Below the pieces are notes generated by a model, which saw only the letters and a program-made list of their open reading frames with translations, did no database searches and was not told where the DNA came from. A stretch of DNA of 64,000 bases from Candidatus Saccharimonadales bacterium (GTDB lineage Bacteria > Patescibacteriota > Saccharimonadia > Saccharimonadales > UBA10212). Shown one piece after another: positions 45,064 through 55,088 of the stretch. The translations under genes and the position numbers were made by a program. Numbering within the stretch: the first letter of the stretch is position 1; the number at the start of each line of letters is the position of its first letter. Where the stretch lies: positions 5,828-69,827 of the forward strand of contig DATIHL010000007.1 in assembly GCA_035480715.1 (NCBI GenBank), in the 5' to 3' direction.

Positions 45064-45614
45064 TGAATCTCCAAAGGCTGACTATCCTGCGAGGTTTTAG
45101 TCTGCCCATTAAGACTGGCTACAGCTATGACGGTCCATGTACCTGAGCTAAAATCAGAAGCAGTCCAATCCCAAAGCACCGTGCCATTAGAATCAGCAAC
45201 CCTAGCTGCCAGTTTTTTTGTTTCGCCATCTTTAGTGAATTCTATATAACATGTTGCTCCGGGTGTAGTATTACATACTGAATTTTCATCGAGAGGAGAA
45301 CCTTTTTGGCCAGGGGTATGATTACTGACAAAGTTACCCGAAGGTGTCAGTAAATTCGAGCTTTGGCTTGAACTCGAATCTTTAGACGGCGCGGTATTGG
45401 TTGTGTCGGAATTGCCGGTCGAGCTGTTGGAGCTCTGGTTATCAGATCCTTTTTCTTGGGTTTTGGCGGCTGAACTGGTACTCGGGATTATAACGTTGGT
45501 TTTTTTGTTGCCTTTAGCGGCATAACCTATGGCTATAACTATTGCTAATACAACTAATACCGCCAGTACAACTAGCCGTTTATCTAAGTGCAATCTTTTT
45601 AGTTTTCGAGCCAT
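45060..45614 (-). CDS. membrane-anchored hypothetical protein with an S/T-rich linker and a small beta-rich C-terminal domain
   Basis: 184 aa with an N-terminal TM helix (LVVLAVLVVLAIVIAIGYAA). The linker is low-complexity and Ser/Thr/Asn-rich. It overlaps the downstream gene by 4 nt. Confidence 0.6.
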   Translation of the reverse strand: MARKLKRLHLDKRLVVLAVLVVLAIVIAIGYAAKGNKKTNVIIPSTSSAAKTQEKGSDNQSSNSSTGNSDTTNTAPSKDSSSSQSSNLLTPSGNFVSNHTPGQKGSPLDENSVCNTTPGATCYIEFTKDGETKKLAARVADSNGTVLWDWTASDFSSGTWTVIAVASLNGQTKTSQDSQPLEIQ

Positions 45615-45711
45615 GTGTTTATTTTATGGTGCGGCGGAGCACTCTTAATATTCGTACGTAAACTCTAACACCTTATAACCTCAAGCGCAATAGGGCTTGA
45701 CAGTTTTACAA

Positions 45712-46242
45712 CTAGCTACGGCCAAAGTCATCTTGCAGGCGGACAATATCATTTTCATCTGATGGGTTTTGCGGATCGGTATGTTGCCAGATTTCGGCTA
45801 CAATGCCCCATTCGTTGTTGCCACTAGCACGGTGTCGGATTCCTTGCGGGAAGGTGACTAAATCATCACCGCTAATGATTTGTGGAGAGGGTTCATCATC
45901 GGCCCGGTTTTCAATTACGGCTACTGAGCCGGCGATACAGCGCCATATCTCGGATCGACGATTATGGTATTGCCATGAAAGTTTTTTGCCGGATTCGATT
46001 GCCAAAATTTTGGGCTGAAGCGATAGGGAAGTATCTATGCCTTCCAGCTCTGCGCGGCCGTAAAAATGCTCAATGAATTTTTCTGTCTGCTCCTCGTCAA
46101 CATAAAAGAAAAATCCCCATGGCCGCAAAATATCCAACTTAATAATCTTGAATGTATGTGTGCTTAAGTAATCTGCCACTGTTTGGAAGACCTCGGTTTT
46201 ACTCTGGTTCTCAATTTTTAGCTCAGGCATCATGCATATCAT
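45712..46242 (-). CDS. cupin-domain protein, type II phosphomannose-isomerase-like
   Basis: 176 aa. RPWGFFFYV..., LSWQYHNRRSEIWRCIAGSVAVI and GIRHR fit the cupin PMI pattern. It lies next to galU/manC/manB. Confidence 0.6.
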   Translation of the reverse strand: MICMMPELKIENQSKTEVFQTVADYLSTHTFKIIKLDILRPWGFFFYVDEEQTEKFIEHFYGRAELEGIDTSLSLQPKILAIESGKKLSWQYHNRRSEIWRCIAGSVAVIENRADDEPSPQIISGDDLVTFPQGIRHRASGNNEWGIVAEIWQHTDPQNPSDENDIVRLQDDFGRS

Positions 46243-46280
46243 AACAGACTAAGATTAGGCGTTGGTGTTATCATGTTGCA

Positions 46281-47189
46281 GTGCCTAACAGAGTAAAAAT
46301 TAAGCCTGTTCGGAAAGCTGTTATTGCCGCGGCCGGATTTGGTACACGCTTATTGCCGCAAACCAAAGCTATGCCCAAAGAAATGCTGCCGCTGGTTGAT
46401 AAGCCGATAGTCCAATATATCGTAGAAGAGCTCGTAGAGGCTGGAATTGAAGATATAGTAATAGTTACGGGCTATCACAAGCGAGCTATAGAGGATCATT
46501 TCGACCAGATAAATGCTGACTTGCTTGCTAACCTACAACAAGGAAGCAAGCAGGAATTAATTGATGAGATAAACAGCATTACCTTGATGGCTAATTTCGC
46601 GTTTGTTAGGCAACATAAAGGACCTTATGGCAGCGCTAGGCCAATATTGAATGTTGCGCACCTAATAGGACCAGAACCGTTTATCTACGCTTTTGCTGAT
46701 GATCTGATAGTTGTCGAGCCTAACAGATTCCAACAAATGATTGACCTCTATAACGAAACTGGTGGGTGCATTTTGCCATCGGTCAGAGTAGAGAAGGATG
46801 AAGACTTTGATAGGTATGGTATCATCGAAGGCGAAGAAATCAGGGAGGGCGTCGTAAGGGCTTCTAAGATTCTTGAGAAACCTGGTAAATCTAATACAAC
46901 CTCAAATCTAGCCAGCGCCGGTGGTTATTTGTTAACTCCCGATGCCTTCGAGTTTACAGAGAGAGCGGTTTCTCAGGTAAAAGATGGCGAAGAGTTTTAT
47001 TTAACTAGCTTTGTAGTAGAACCGATGATTGAAAACGGCTACCCATTTTATGCACTGGAGCTCAAAAACAGCACCTATTATGATACGGGCGATAAGCTAG
47101 AATATTTAAAAACGGTCGTCGATTTTGGTTTAATGCGTGATGATATTAAAGCCGATTTTGCCGAATTTCTGCGTGGTAGAATAACCTAA
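46281..47189 (+). CDS. galU: UTP--glucose-1-phosphate uridylyltransferase
   Basis: 302 aa from a GTG start. KAVIAAAGFGTRLLPQTKAMPKEMLPLVDKPIVQYIVEE is the GalU N-terminal signature. Confidence 0.85.
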   Translation: MPNRVKIKPVRKAVIAAAGFGTRLLPQTKAMPKEMLPLVDKPIVQYIVEELVEAGIEDIVIVTGYHKRAIEDHFDQINADLLANLQQGSKQELIDEINSITLMANFAFVRQHKGPYGSARPILNVAHLIGPEPFIYAFADDLIVVEPNRFQQMIDLYNETGGCILPSVRVEKDEDFDRYGIIEGEEIREGVVRASKILEKPGKSNTTSNLASAGGYLLTPDAFEFTERAVSQVKDGEEFYLTSFVVEPMIENGYPFYALELKNSTYYDTGDKLEYLKTVVDFGLMRDDIKADFAEFLRGRIT

Positions 47190-47190
47190 G

Positions 47191-48270
47191 ATGATAGTCG
47201 TGATTATCGCCGGCGGGTCGGGAACACGACTTTGGCCCTTATCTACGCATAACTTTCCGAAGCATCTTCTTAAGCTGACGAGTAATGACCGGAGTCTGCT
47301 GCAAAATACTTACGATCGTGTAAAACCTCTGACTGAAGATAAAAATATTTTTGTAGTTCCAGAGAAATCACACGCTAAGCACGTATATAAGCAACTGCCG
47401 GACTTGCCCAGGAAGAATGTGCTGGTGGAACCAGCACGGCGGGGTACGGCTTCGTGCTTTATTTTGGCTTTAAGCGAAATAAAGCGCCGCAGGCTTAATG
47501 ATCAGGCTATATTTTTTCTGTGGGCAGACCATCTGGTTAGTAACAAGCGGAGTTTCGCCAAAGCCGTAGAACAAGCTGCCAAGCTGGCTGAAGCAGAGAG
47601 AAGGCTGGTGTTTATGGGGATTAAACCAACTTATCCCTCGACTGGATTTGGCTATATTAAACGGGGTAAAAAGATTAAAAACGACCTTAAGGATGTCTAT
47701 GAGCTTGAGCAATTCGTCGAAAAGCCTAAGAGCGCCACAGCCAAGCTCTATTTGAAAAACAAAAATTACCTTTGGAATACCGGCTACCTTACTGGTACGT
47801 TAGAAACATTCGAACGCGAAATAAAAGAGCATGCTCCGCGTTTATGGAACGATTACCAGGAGTTATTTAACACATTGCTACCGATCAGCCGCCGCCGGAT
47901 TTATATGAATTTTGTGGCTCAACCTATAGATACCGCTCTAAGCGAGCATATCCCGGATGGCTTAGTGGTGCCGGGTGAGTTTGACTGGGCTGATGTCGGT
48001 TCCTTCCATGATTTACATGATGTTAGTAAGCAAGACGGGGGCGGCAACCATGTCAGCGGCGAACATGTTGAACTAGAAAACGTAACCGATAGCTATGTAC
48101 GCAACGAAGCCGATATCCCAGTCGCAGTCATCGGTCTTGATAATGTGGCAGTTATTGCAACCGATAACGGTATTCTAGTGACTAATAAAACCCACGCCCA
48201 AAAAGTTGGTGACATATCCAAGAAACTGCAAGCAGGTAAAAAAGATCTCAAATGGTTCGAAAAGTTATAG
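47191..48270 (+). CDS. mannose-1-phosphate guanylyltransferase (nucleotidyltransferase domain only)
   Basis: 359 aa with VIIAGGSGTRLWPLS and GFGYI. The cupin PMI domain is not fused here and is encoded separately at 45712-46242. Confidence 0.8.
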   Translation: MIVVIIAGGSGTRLWPLSTHNFPKHLLKLTSNDRSLLQNTYDRVKPLTEDKNIFVVPEKSHAKHVYKQLPDLPRKNVLVEPARRGTASCFILALSEIKRRRLNDQAIFFLWADHLVSNKRSFAKAVEQAAKLAEAERRLVFMGIKPTYPSTGFGYIKRGKKIKNDLKDVYELEQFVEKPKSATAKLYLKNKNYLWNTGYLTGTLETFEREIKEHAPRLWNDYQELFNTLLPISRRRIYMNFVAQPIDTALSEHIPDGLVVPGEFDWADVGSFHDLHDVSKQDGGGNHVSGEHVELENVTDSYVRNEADIPVAVIGLDNVAVIATDNGILVTNKTHAQKVGDISKKLQAGKKDLKWFEKL

Positions 48271-48273
48271 GCC

Positions 48274-48305
48274 TAATAAATACTTAACTTGTTAAGTATT
48301 TATTA
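48274..48305. repeat. best member of the TACTTAAC/GTTAAGTA palindrome family (15-bp arms, 2-nt spacer)
   Basis: TAATAAATACTTAAC-TT-GTTAAGTATTTATTA lies between convergent genes. It includes the stop codon of the minus-strand PMM/PGM gene (48292-48294). Confidence 0.85.
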
Positions 48306-49635
48306 AATGAGAAATCTCTTTCACTAACTCATCCAACACTTCTTGATTATGGGACTCGGCGTTTAAACGAAAGAGCGGCTCTGTGTTACTCGGCCGTACG
48401 CTGAAACGCCAATCCTTAGAGTCGATAGCCAGGCCATCGGTCTTATCGACCCGGCCCTCTTTGCCAAACTTGGCCTCAATCAATTTAATAGATTCGATGG
48501 GGCTGGCGACCTGAAAATTAATTTCACCGGACACTTTATACTTCGTCATCAAAGGCTCTGTCAATTCCTTAAGGCTTTTTCCACTTTTAGATATCATTTC
48601 CAAGATTTTTAAGAAAGGCACAATACCATTGTCGGCATAAAAACTATCCCGGAAGTAGTAATGCCCGCTTGATTCCCCAGCAAATGGGGCGTCTTCGTGG
48701 CGCATTCTGGCTTTGATGAAAGTATGGCCTGTCCGGTGCGTGACCGGTATGCCGCCAGCTTCTTTAATTACATCGTCGATTACCCATGAGGTTGTTATGT
48801 CGTGGACTATTTTAGAGCCCGGATATTTTTTTAAAAAATCCTTCGCCAGCAGGGCGACTGTATAGCAGCTCGGAATGAACTCCCCGTCACCAGTAAAGAA
48901 AAAACAGCGGTCCGCGTCAGCATCCCAGGCTACTCCTAGATCTGGCTTAACCTTTTTGATGTAGCTGATGCTTTCTTCACGGTTTTCGGGCAACAGGGGG
49001 TTGGGTGGACCTTTAGGGAATGAACCATCCTCTTTCCAGTTCAGGCGGTATAGTTTGAGGTTGAGTTTTTTTGCCAATATATCCAATCCGCGTCCCACCG
49101 CTCCGAAGTTGGCGTTGGCGAAAACTTGAAGAGGTTTGATCGAATCTATATCTATATATGAAAGCACATGATTAATGTAGTCATCCAATATCGCTAAGGT
49201 TGTTAGTTTACCAGTTTTGCCTGTCGGTAGCCTATTGTTTGACAATGCCCAATCCCGCATAGCCTCTAAATCAGCACTACTTATAGGACCGCCGCCTGTT
49301 TCTGCAAACTTAAAGCCATTGTATTCACTGGGGTTGTGCGAAGCAGTCACCGAAATTCCGCCATCAAGCCCATAATTACCAACAGTAAAATATAATTGAT
49401 CGGTCGTAATCGTCCCGATGTCTACGACGTTCACGCCATTATTGAGCAGTGCTGAAATAAGATGTTCTTTAAGCCTGTTTCCGGAAAGGCGGACGTCTTG
49501 GCCGACTGCAACTTTTTTGGGTTTTCGAATTGCGATGAAAGCTTCACCGATCCTGCCGGCAAATTCCTCATCTAGTTGTTCTGGATATATACCTCGCACA
49601 TCATAAGCTTTAAAAATTGTTTCAAGATTACCCAT
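48292..49635 (-). CDS. phosphomannomutase/phosphoglucomutase
   Basis: 447 aa with the active-site loop TASHNPSEYNGFK and the metal loop GVAWDADADR. Confidence 0.9.
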   Translation of the reverse strand: MGNLETIFKAYDVRGIYPEQLDEEFAGRIGEAFIAIRKPKKVAVGQDVRLSGNRLKEHLISALLNNGVNVVDIGTITTDQLYFTVGNYGLDGGISVTASHNPSEYNGFKFAETGGGPISSADLEAMRDWALSNNRLPTGKTGKLTTLAILDDYINHVLSYIDIDSIKPLQVFANANFGAVGRGLDILAKKLNLKLYRLNWKEDGSFPKGPPNPLLPENREESISYIKKVKPDLGVAWDADADRCFFFTGDGEFIPSCYTVALLAKDFLKKYPGSKIVHDITTSWVIDDVIKEAGGIPVTHRTGHTFIKARMRHEDAPFAGESSGHYYFRDSFYADNGIVPFLKILEMISKSGKSLKELTEPLMTKYKVSGEINFQVASPIESIKLIEAKFGKEGRVDKTDGLAIDSKDWRFSVRPSNTEPLFRLNAESHNQEVLDELVKEISHLINT

Positions 49636-50650
49636 TGGATTTCCTTTCTATGGTTTGTTGCCAGCGCCAAGCATCAGCCACGGCATCTTGAACACTCCTT
49701 TGCGTTTTCCAGCCCAACCCTTTGTTGGCTTTTTTGGGTGACGCAAAATAAGCTGCTGGGTCGCCCGGTCTGCGAGGACCGATTTTATAGGGAACTTTAA
49801 CACCATTAACCTTTTCAAATGTCTTTAATAGCTCCAAAACGCTTGTCGGTTTACCCGTTCCCAAATTGTATACACTGTAGTTTTCGGCTGAATCTTTCTT
49901 TTCAAGCTTTTGCAGCGCAGCCACGTGGGCTTTAGCCAGGTCGACTACGTGGATATAATCGCGCAAGCACGTACCGTCTGGCGTGGGGTAGTCAGTCCCA
50001 TAAACAGTTAGGGAAAAAACTTGCTCTGTAGAAGCCTGAAGAATGATAGGTAGCAGATTTTGCGGTTTACCCTTAGGCCGCTCGCCGATTTTAGCCGAAG
50101 GGTGAGCGCCAATCACATTGAAGTATCGCAGAGCCACGCCTCTTAAAGTCGGGTTAGAAGCACATAAGTCACGAAGAACTATTTCATCCATATATTTGCT
50201 CCAGCCGTACGGGGAAGTGGGTGCGCACGTGGTATCTTCGGTGACTATATCAGTAGGCGGATTACCGTAAACAGCGGCGCTAGAAGAAAAAACAAAGTTA
50301 TTTATTTTTTGCTTTAGTAAATTACTTAACAAGTCAAGCATTCCAGACAAATTATTATTATAATACTTAAGTGGTTGCTCAACTGATTCTCCCACTGCCT
50401 TAAAAGCTGCAAAATGAATCACGCCGTCGATCTTTTCTTTAATCAGAATTTTTTGAATTCCTTTGTCTTGAAAATCGGTCTCATAACACGCTATTTGCTT
50501 GCCGGTAATTTTCTTAAGTCCACTCAAGACCGACTTATCCGAGTTACTAAAGTTGTCGACAATAACCGGACGATACCCAGCGCTCACAAGTTCCACTACG
50601 GTATGTGAGCCTATAAATCCAGCGCCCCCAGTTACCAAGATATTCTTCAC
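49628..50650 (-). CDS. galE: UDP-glucose 4-epimerase
   Basis: 340 aa with ILVTGGAGFIGSH and the YGWSK (YxxxK) catalytic motif. The length and C-terminus are GalE-like. Confidence 0.9.
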   Translation of the reverse strand: MKNILVTGGAGFIGSHTVVELVSAGYRPVIVDNFSNSDKSVLSGLKKITGKQIACYETDFQDKGIQKILIKEKIDGVIHFAAFKAVGESVEQPLKYYNNNLSGMLDLLSNLLKQKINNFVFSSSAAVYGNPPTDIVTEDTTCAPTSPYGWSKYMDEIVLRDLCASNPTLRGVALRYFNVIGAHPSAKIGERPKGKPQNLLPIILQASTEQVFSLTVYGTDYPTPDGTCLRDYIHVVDLAKAHVAALQKLEKKDSAENYSVYNLGTGKPTSVLELLKTFEKVNGVKVPYKIGPRRPGDPAAYFASPKKANKGLGWKTQRSVQDAVADAWRWQQTIERKSNG

Positions 50651-50656
50651 TAAATA

Positions 50657-52486
50657 TTATTCTACAGTAACGGATTTAGCTAGGTTCCGGGGGCGATCAA
50701 CGTTTTTACCGAGTTTCATAGCGGCATAATAAGCAAATAGCTGCAGAACGATAGCCGTCAGCAGCGGCTGGGTTTGCTCAAGCGATTTTGGTATGTAAAT
50801 AACATCATCCACCAATTTCTTAATGTCCTTATTACCTTCTGTAGCAATGGCGATAATCGGGCCACCGCGGGCTTTTATTTCTTGGATGTTGGAATAAGTC
50901 TTCTCCAGCACTGGGCCGTCAGTAGCAATCGCCATGGTGGCAAAATTCTTATCAATCATGGCTAGCGGGCCGTGCTTCATCTCGCCCGCGGCGTAGCCCT
51001 CGGCGTGGATATATGAAATTTCTTTGAGCTTGAGTGCGCCCTCGAGTGCACAGGGAAATTCATAACGTCTGCCAATGTATAAAAAGTCGCGCTGATTAGA
51101 ATATTTTTCTGCCAGTTTTTTAATTTGGTCTGACTGGGCTAACACCTCCTCAGCTTTCTTGGGCAGCTTGTCTAACTCATTGAGCAATGGTTTAAAAAGT
51201 TTGGTTGATCCATTGCTTAAATGAAGCGCAATAAGTGCCAGCACGGTGACTTGGGCTATAAAAGCTTTGGTAGATGCTACAGCTTGTTCAGGCCCGGCGT
51301 GACAATAAACACCGGCATCCGTCAGCCGAGCGATAGTGGAGCCCACCGCATTAACGACACCCAAGCGTAGCATGCCGTAATCTTCAACTTTTTTAAGGGC
51401 GGCGATTGTATCAGCGGTTTCGCCGGATTGTGAGATAGCCAGCACAGCTGTGCTGCGCGAAAATGGCTCATCACGGTATTTAAATTCCGATGCCAGTTGG
51501 ACTTCTACCGGTATGCCAGCGAGTTCTTCGATCAGGTATTCGCCAACTAAGCCAGCATAAAATGATGTGCCGCAGGCTACGATCACAATTCTATCGATGA
51601 ACTTGAGTTGCTCGGTCACATTCTCTAGGCCGCCGAGCTTTACTGTAGCGCTGGCAGGCTTGACTCTACCGAGCGTTGCCGAGCGGATAGTTTGCGGCGC
51701 CTCGTAAATTTCTTTAAGCATAAAGTTGGAGAAGTCGCCAAGCTGGACCTGCTCAAAGTCAAAATCAAGCGTTTCGGCAGAACGCTTTACATCAACTGAT
51801 TTTTTAAAGTTTTTTATCCTATAGTTTTTTCTGGTGACTACGACCATTTCGTAATCGTCTAAATAAACTACATCTTTAGTGTGCTCCATAACAGCCGTGG
51901 GGTCCGATGCTAAGATAAATTCATCCTTGCCTACGCCTAGAATTAGTGGACTTGAAAGCCGCGCGGCAAAAATCGTATCCGGCTCGTGAGTAGTAATTAC
52001 GGTGATTGCGAAAGCTCCGCGCAGCTCGTGCAAAGTTTGCTCGAAAGCTGCCTCAAAATTTTTGGACTTTTTGTAGTGATAATCAATCAGCTGCGGGATT
52101 ACCTCTGTGTCAGTTTGCGAAATAAATTTATAACCAAGACTCTCTAACTTTGATCGGATTTGAACGTAGTTTTCGATAATGCCGTTATGGACCACAAAAA
52201 TGGTTTTATCTTGATTGTAATGCGGGTGGGCATTGATGATCGTCGGCGCGCCGTGGGTGGCCCAGCGTGTATGGCCTATGGCGATATCTGGCTTAGTTTT
52301 AACTTTACTGCTGACGCTTTTTTCTAAGGCTTCAACACGACCAACTTGTTTAACCAGCTCGCCTCGATCCTTATCCAGATAGGCGACACCTGCAGAATCG
52401 TAACCGCGGTATTCTAAGGCTTTAAGGCCGTCTACGACCGGCCCCAGAGCACTTTTTGTACCTAAATAGCCAACAATGCCGCACAT
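50657..52486 (-). CDS. glmS: glutamine--fructose-6-phosphate aminotransferase
   Basis: 609 aa. It has the MCGIVGY N-terminal nucleophile, two SIS domains and the C-terminal ..NLAKSVTVE. Confidence 0.97.
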   Translation of the reverse strand: MCGIVGYLGTKSALGPVVDGLKALEYRGYDSAGVAYLDKDRGELVKQVGRVEALEKSVSSKVKTKPDIAIGHTRWATHGAPTIINAHPHYNQDKTIFVVHNGIIENYVQIRSKLESLGYKFISQTDTEVIPQLIDYHYKKSKNFEAAFEQTLHELRGAFAITVITTHEPDTIFAARLSSPLILGVGKDEFILASDPTAVMEHTKDVVYLDDYEMVVVTRKNYRIKNFKKSVDVKRSAETLDFDFEQVQLGDFSNFMLKEIYEAPQTIRSATLGRVKPASATVKLGGLENVTEQLKFIDRIVIVACGTSFYAGLVGEYLIEELAGIPVEVQLASEFKYRDEPFSRSTAVLAISQSGETADTIAALKKVEDYGMLRLGVVNAVGSTIARLTDAGVYCHAGPEQAVASTKAFIAQVTVLALIALHLSNGSTKLFKPLLNELDKLPKKAEEVLAQSDQIKKLAEKYSNQRDFLYIGRRYEFPCALEGALKLKEISYIHAEGYAAGEMKHGPLAMIDKNFATMAIATDGPVLEKTYSNIQEIKARGGPIIAIATEGNKDIKKLVDDVIYIPKSLEQTQPLLTAIVLQLFAYYAAMKLGKNVDRPRNLAKSVTVE

Positions 52487-52514
52487 TTGTATTATTATTT
52501 CATATTTTTACTGA

Positions 52515-53618
52515 TTACGCAATTTTTCTGATAAAACCTTCTATGTTTTTACGAAAGTGCGTAGCAGAAAATTTAGCAGCTTCAGCAGCGATTGTCGAGT
52601 GGTTAAAGGTTTTTTTATCTATTTCTTCCATTGCTTTAGCCAAACTTTCGGCGGTTAGTTCATTAAAGAAAAGGCCAACATCATTATTTATATAGTCGAG
52701 TGCACCACCATCTTTGTAAGCTACAACCGGCGTGCCGGCAGCCATAGCTTCAACAGCTACGATGCCAAAATCATCAACACCTGGAAAAATAAAAGCTTTG
52801 GCTGCGCCAAAGCGTTCCGGTATCTCGACGTCAGATACTCTACTTAAGAAAGTAACACTTCGTCCTGCCTGCCTTTTTAATTTTCGCTGCTGCGGTCCTT
52901 GCCCGATAACAATCAACTGAACATTGAGCTGAGTTGCTGCTTTGACAGCCAGATCAGTGCGTTTATACGGCGTTTGGCGACCGGCTGTCACAAAGTCGTG
53001 ACGCTGATCGTCTGGCTGGCTAAAGTCTTTAAACCGCTCGATATCAACCGGCGGATGAATCACTACCGAATCTCGATCATAGTATTTCTTTATCTGGGAC
53101 TGGGTGTAAGTGGAATTGGCTATTAAATAGTCTGGTCTTTGAGCGGCTCTATAATCCCGTTTTCTCATTGGTCCGACGAGCAGCTTTAAACTGATCCGAG
53201 CAATTGAATCAAGCCGGCCAAAACCCGGATTTTCTAAGTAATCTTCGTAGCGGCTCCAATAATAGTGCGTTGGCGCATGAATATAGGAAATGTGCTTAGC
53301 GCCCTCACGAACTTTAACGAATTTGGCCTCGGCGCCACTAGCCGAAATCACTAAATCATACTCATCCAGATCCAAACGACTAAAGGCAAAAGCCCTCAAT
53401 AGCGGTAAGAATTTTTTCAAACTCTTAGGCAGTCTTTGTAGCCAGGTAGTTCTGATGTCGGCATCTGAGAACCATTTATCGCCATACCATAAATTGGGAT
53501 TTGGATCGTACTGCGAAGTATAAATTGGTGCTTCGGGGAATATGTGGTGGAGTTCTAAAACTACGCGTTCAGCACCGCCTGTACCAAGCAACCAATCGCA
53601 AACAATCACTACCTTCAT
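52515..53618 (-). CDS. glycosyltransferase family 4
   Basis: 367 aa with the motif FPGVDDFGIVAVEAMAAGTPVVAYKDGG. Confidence 0.85.
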   Translation of the reverse strand: MKVVIVCDWLLGTGGAERVVLELHHIFPEAPIYTSQYDPNPNLWYGDKWFSDADIRTTWLQRLPKSLKKFLPLLRAFAFSRLDLDEYDLVISASGAEAKFVKVREGAKHISYIHAPTHYYWSRYEDYLENPGFGRLDSIARISLKLLVGPMRKRDYRAAQRPDYLIANSTYTQSQIKKYYDRDSVVIHPPVDIERFKDFSQPDDQRHDFVTAGRQTPYKRTDLAVKAATQLNVQLIVIGQGPQQRKLKRQAGRSVTFLSRVSDVEIPERFGAAKAFIFPGVDDFGIVAVEAMAAGTPVVAYKDGGALDYINNDVGLFFNELTAESLAKAMEEIDKKTFNHSTIAAEAAKFSATHFRKNIEGFIRKIA

Positions 53619-53621
53619 TTT

Positions 53622-55067
53622 CTATTTTGCTCCAATACGACCAAGTACCACGCGAATGGTTTTAATAAGAATGATTAAATCCAGCCACAAACTCCAATTT
53701 TGCACGTAATAAAGATCAATTTTCCGTCGCTCTTCAAAACTGATATTTCGCCGCCCAGAAACCTGTGCCAAACCCGTAAGGCCTGACTTTACTGCTAGGA
53801 TTAAATCCTTCTTATCATGTTTTTCTAATTCGGGTGCATAGAGGGCTCGGGGGCCTACTAGACTAATATCACCTTTGACTACGTTAAAAAGCTGCGGCAG
53901 CTCATCCAGGCTTGAACCGCGCAAAAGACGCCCCATACGAGTGATTCGAGGATCATTAGGGAGTTGGTCGCCGCCTTTGCGGTATTCATTAATTAATTCT
54001 AGCCGCCCCATCTTGGTAAAAGCTTCTTCCGGACTCATTCCAGTATAGTGCCGATTCATGCTACGGAATTTCATGATTCTGATTTTGGTACCAAAGCGTG
54101 TCAACCTAATTTCTTTGTAAAGGATCGGTGCTTTAATGTCGGAAAGCTTTTCGGCAACAGCAATTATCAGCATAAAAGGTAGGGCAATTATTAATAAACT
54201 TCCACCTAGTATTAAATCGGTGAATCGTTTGACCACACGCCCCCAGCCAATAAGGGCAGTTTGATGCACGGCAATCACGGGGATTTGGGAACGGAATAAC
54301 TCTACCTCTATGTTGCCAACAAACATCTCGCTATTGCCCGGAATGAAACGGTAAGAAATGTGATGCGTTTGGGCAAATTCCAGAATTTCGTTATTTTTAT
54401 CCTGATTAGCATAAAGCTCGGTCTGCACGATGCTATGAATGTCATCGGCTCGGAGCTTAGCTACCGCTTCATCAAAGGTGTCAAAAACAGGCAAATGTGG
54501 GGATCGCTCTGGCGCATGAGATTTATTACCAACAACACCTACGATGCGGTAGCCCGAGATATGGTGGTCGGCTAAATTTTCAACCAATTCGCGGGCAATT
54601 TTTGTATTGCCGACTATCAAGATATTGGTTATCCCGACGTCGTACTTAAAAAGATAAGCTCTGCTTTCGCGTGCCAGATTCCTAAAAACTGCCAGAAATA
54701 TAAATGCCAAACTAAAGCCGTAAACCGGTACGAGTCTGGCGGGGAATACAATTTTGTTAAAGGCATAGCCATAAGCGATCACAAACAACAGTCCGACGAA
54801 AGAACCGATGAATAACCGCCCAAGCTCCGGAAAGCGCTTCTCTTGGATCGAACTGCTATAAAGTCCGAGCAACGCAAAAAACAAAATCCAAAATGGTAAA
54901 AGCAGGGCAAAGATCCTTAAGTATTCAGATCCAGCAATCGGATGAGCCACAGGGATATTAGTTAAATGCCCGCGGATAAGATAGGCGAATACAAAAGCTG
55001 CCACCAATGCCAGAAAGTCGCCCACTACCAAAACAAAACTGTAAATTAGCGAGGCGTTACTTTTCAT
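53622..55067 (-). CDS. polyprenyl-phosphate sugar phosphotransferase (WbaP/bacterial sugar transferase family), initiating enzyme
   Basis: 481 aa with N-terminal TM helices and a central NAD-binding-like region. The C-terminal catalytic strings are [35 protein letters not shown]. Confidence 0.9.
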   Translation of the reverse strand: MKSNASLIYSFVLVVGDFLALVAAFVFAYLIRGHLTNIPVAHPIAGSEYLRIFALLLPFWILFFALLGLYSSSIQEKRFPELGRLFIGSFVGLLFVIAYGYAFNKIVFPARLVPVYGFSLAFIFLAVFRNLARESRAYLFKYDVGITNILIVGNTKIARELVENLADHHISGYRIVGVVGNKSHAPERSPHLPVFDTFDEAVAKLRADDIHSIVQTELYANQDKNNEILEFAQTHHISYRFIPGNSEMFVGNIEVELFRSQIPVIAVHQTALIGWGRVVKRFTDLILGGSLLIIALPFMLIIAVAEKLSDIKAPILYKEIRLTRFGTKIRIMKFRSMNRHYTGMSPEEAFTKMGRLELINEYRKGGDQLPNDPRITRMGRLLRGSSLDELPQLFNVVKGDISLVGPRALYAPELEKHDKKDLILAVKSGLTGLAQVSGRRNISFEERRKIDLYYVQNWSLWLDLIILIKTIRVVLGRIGAK

Positions 55068-55088
55068 CTATACTAGATTGTAGCATTT

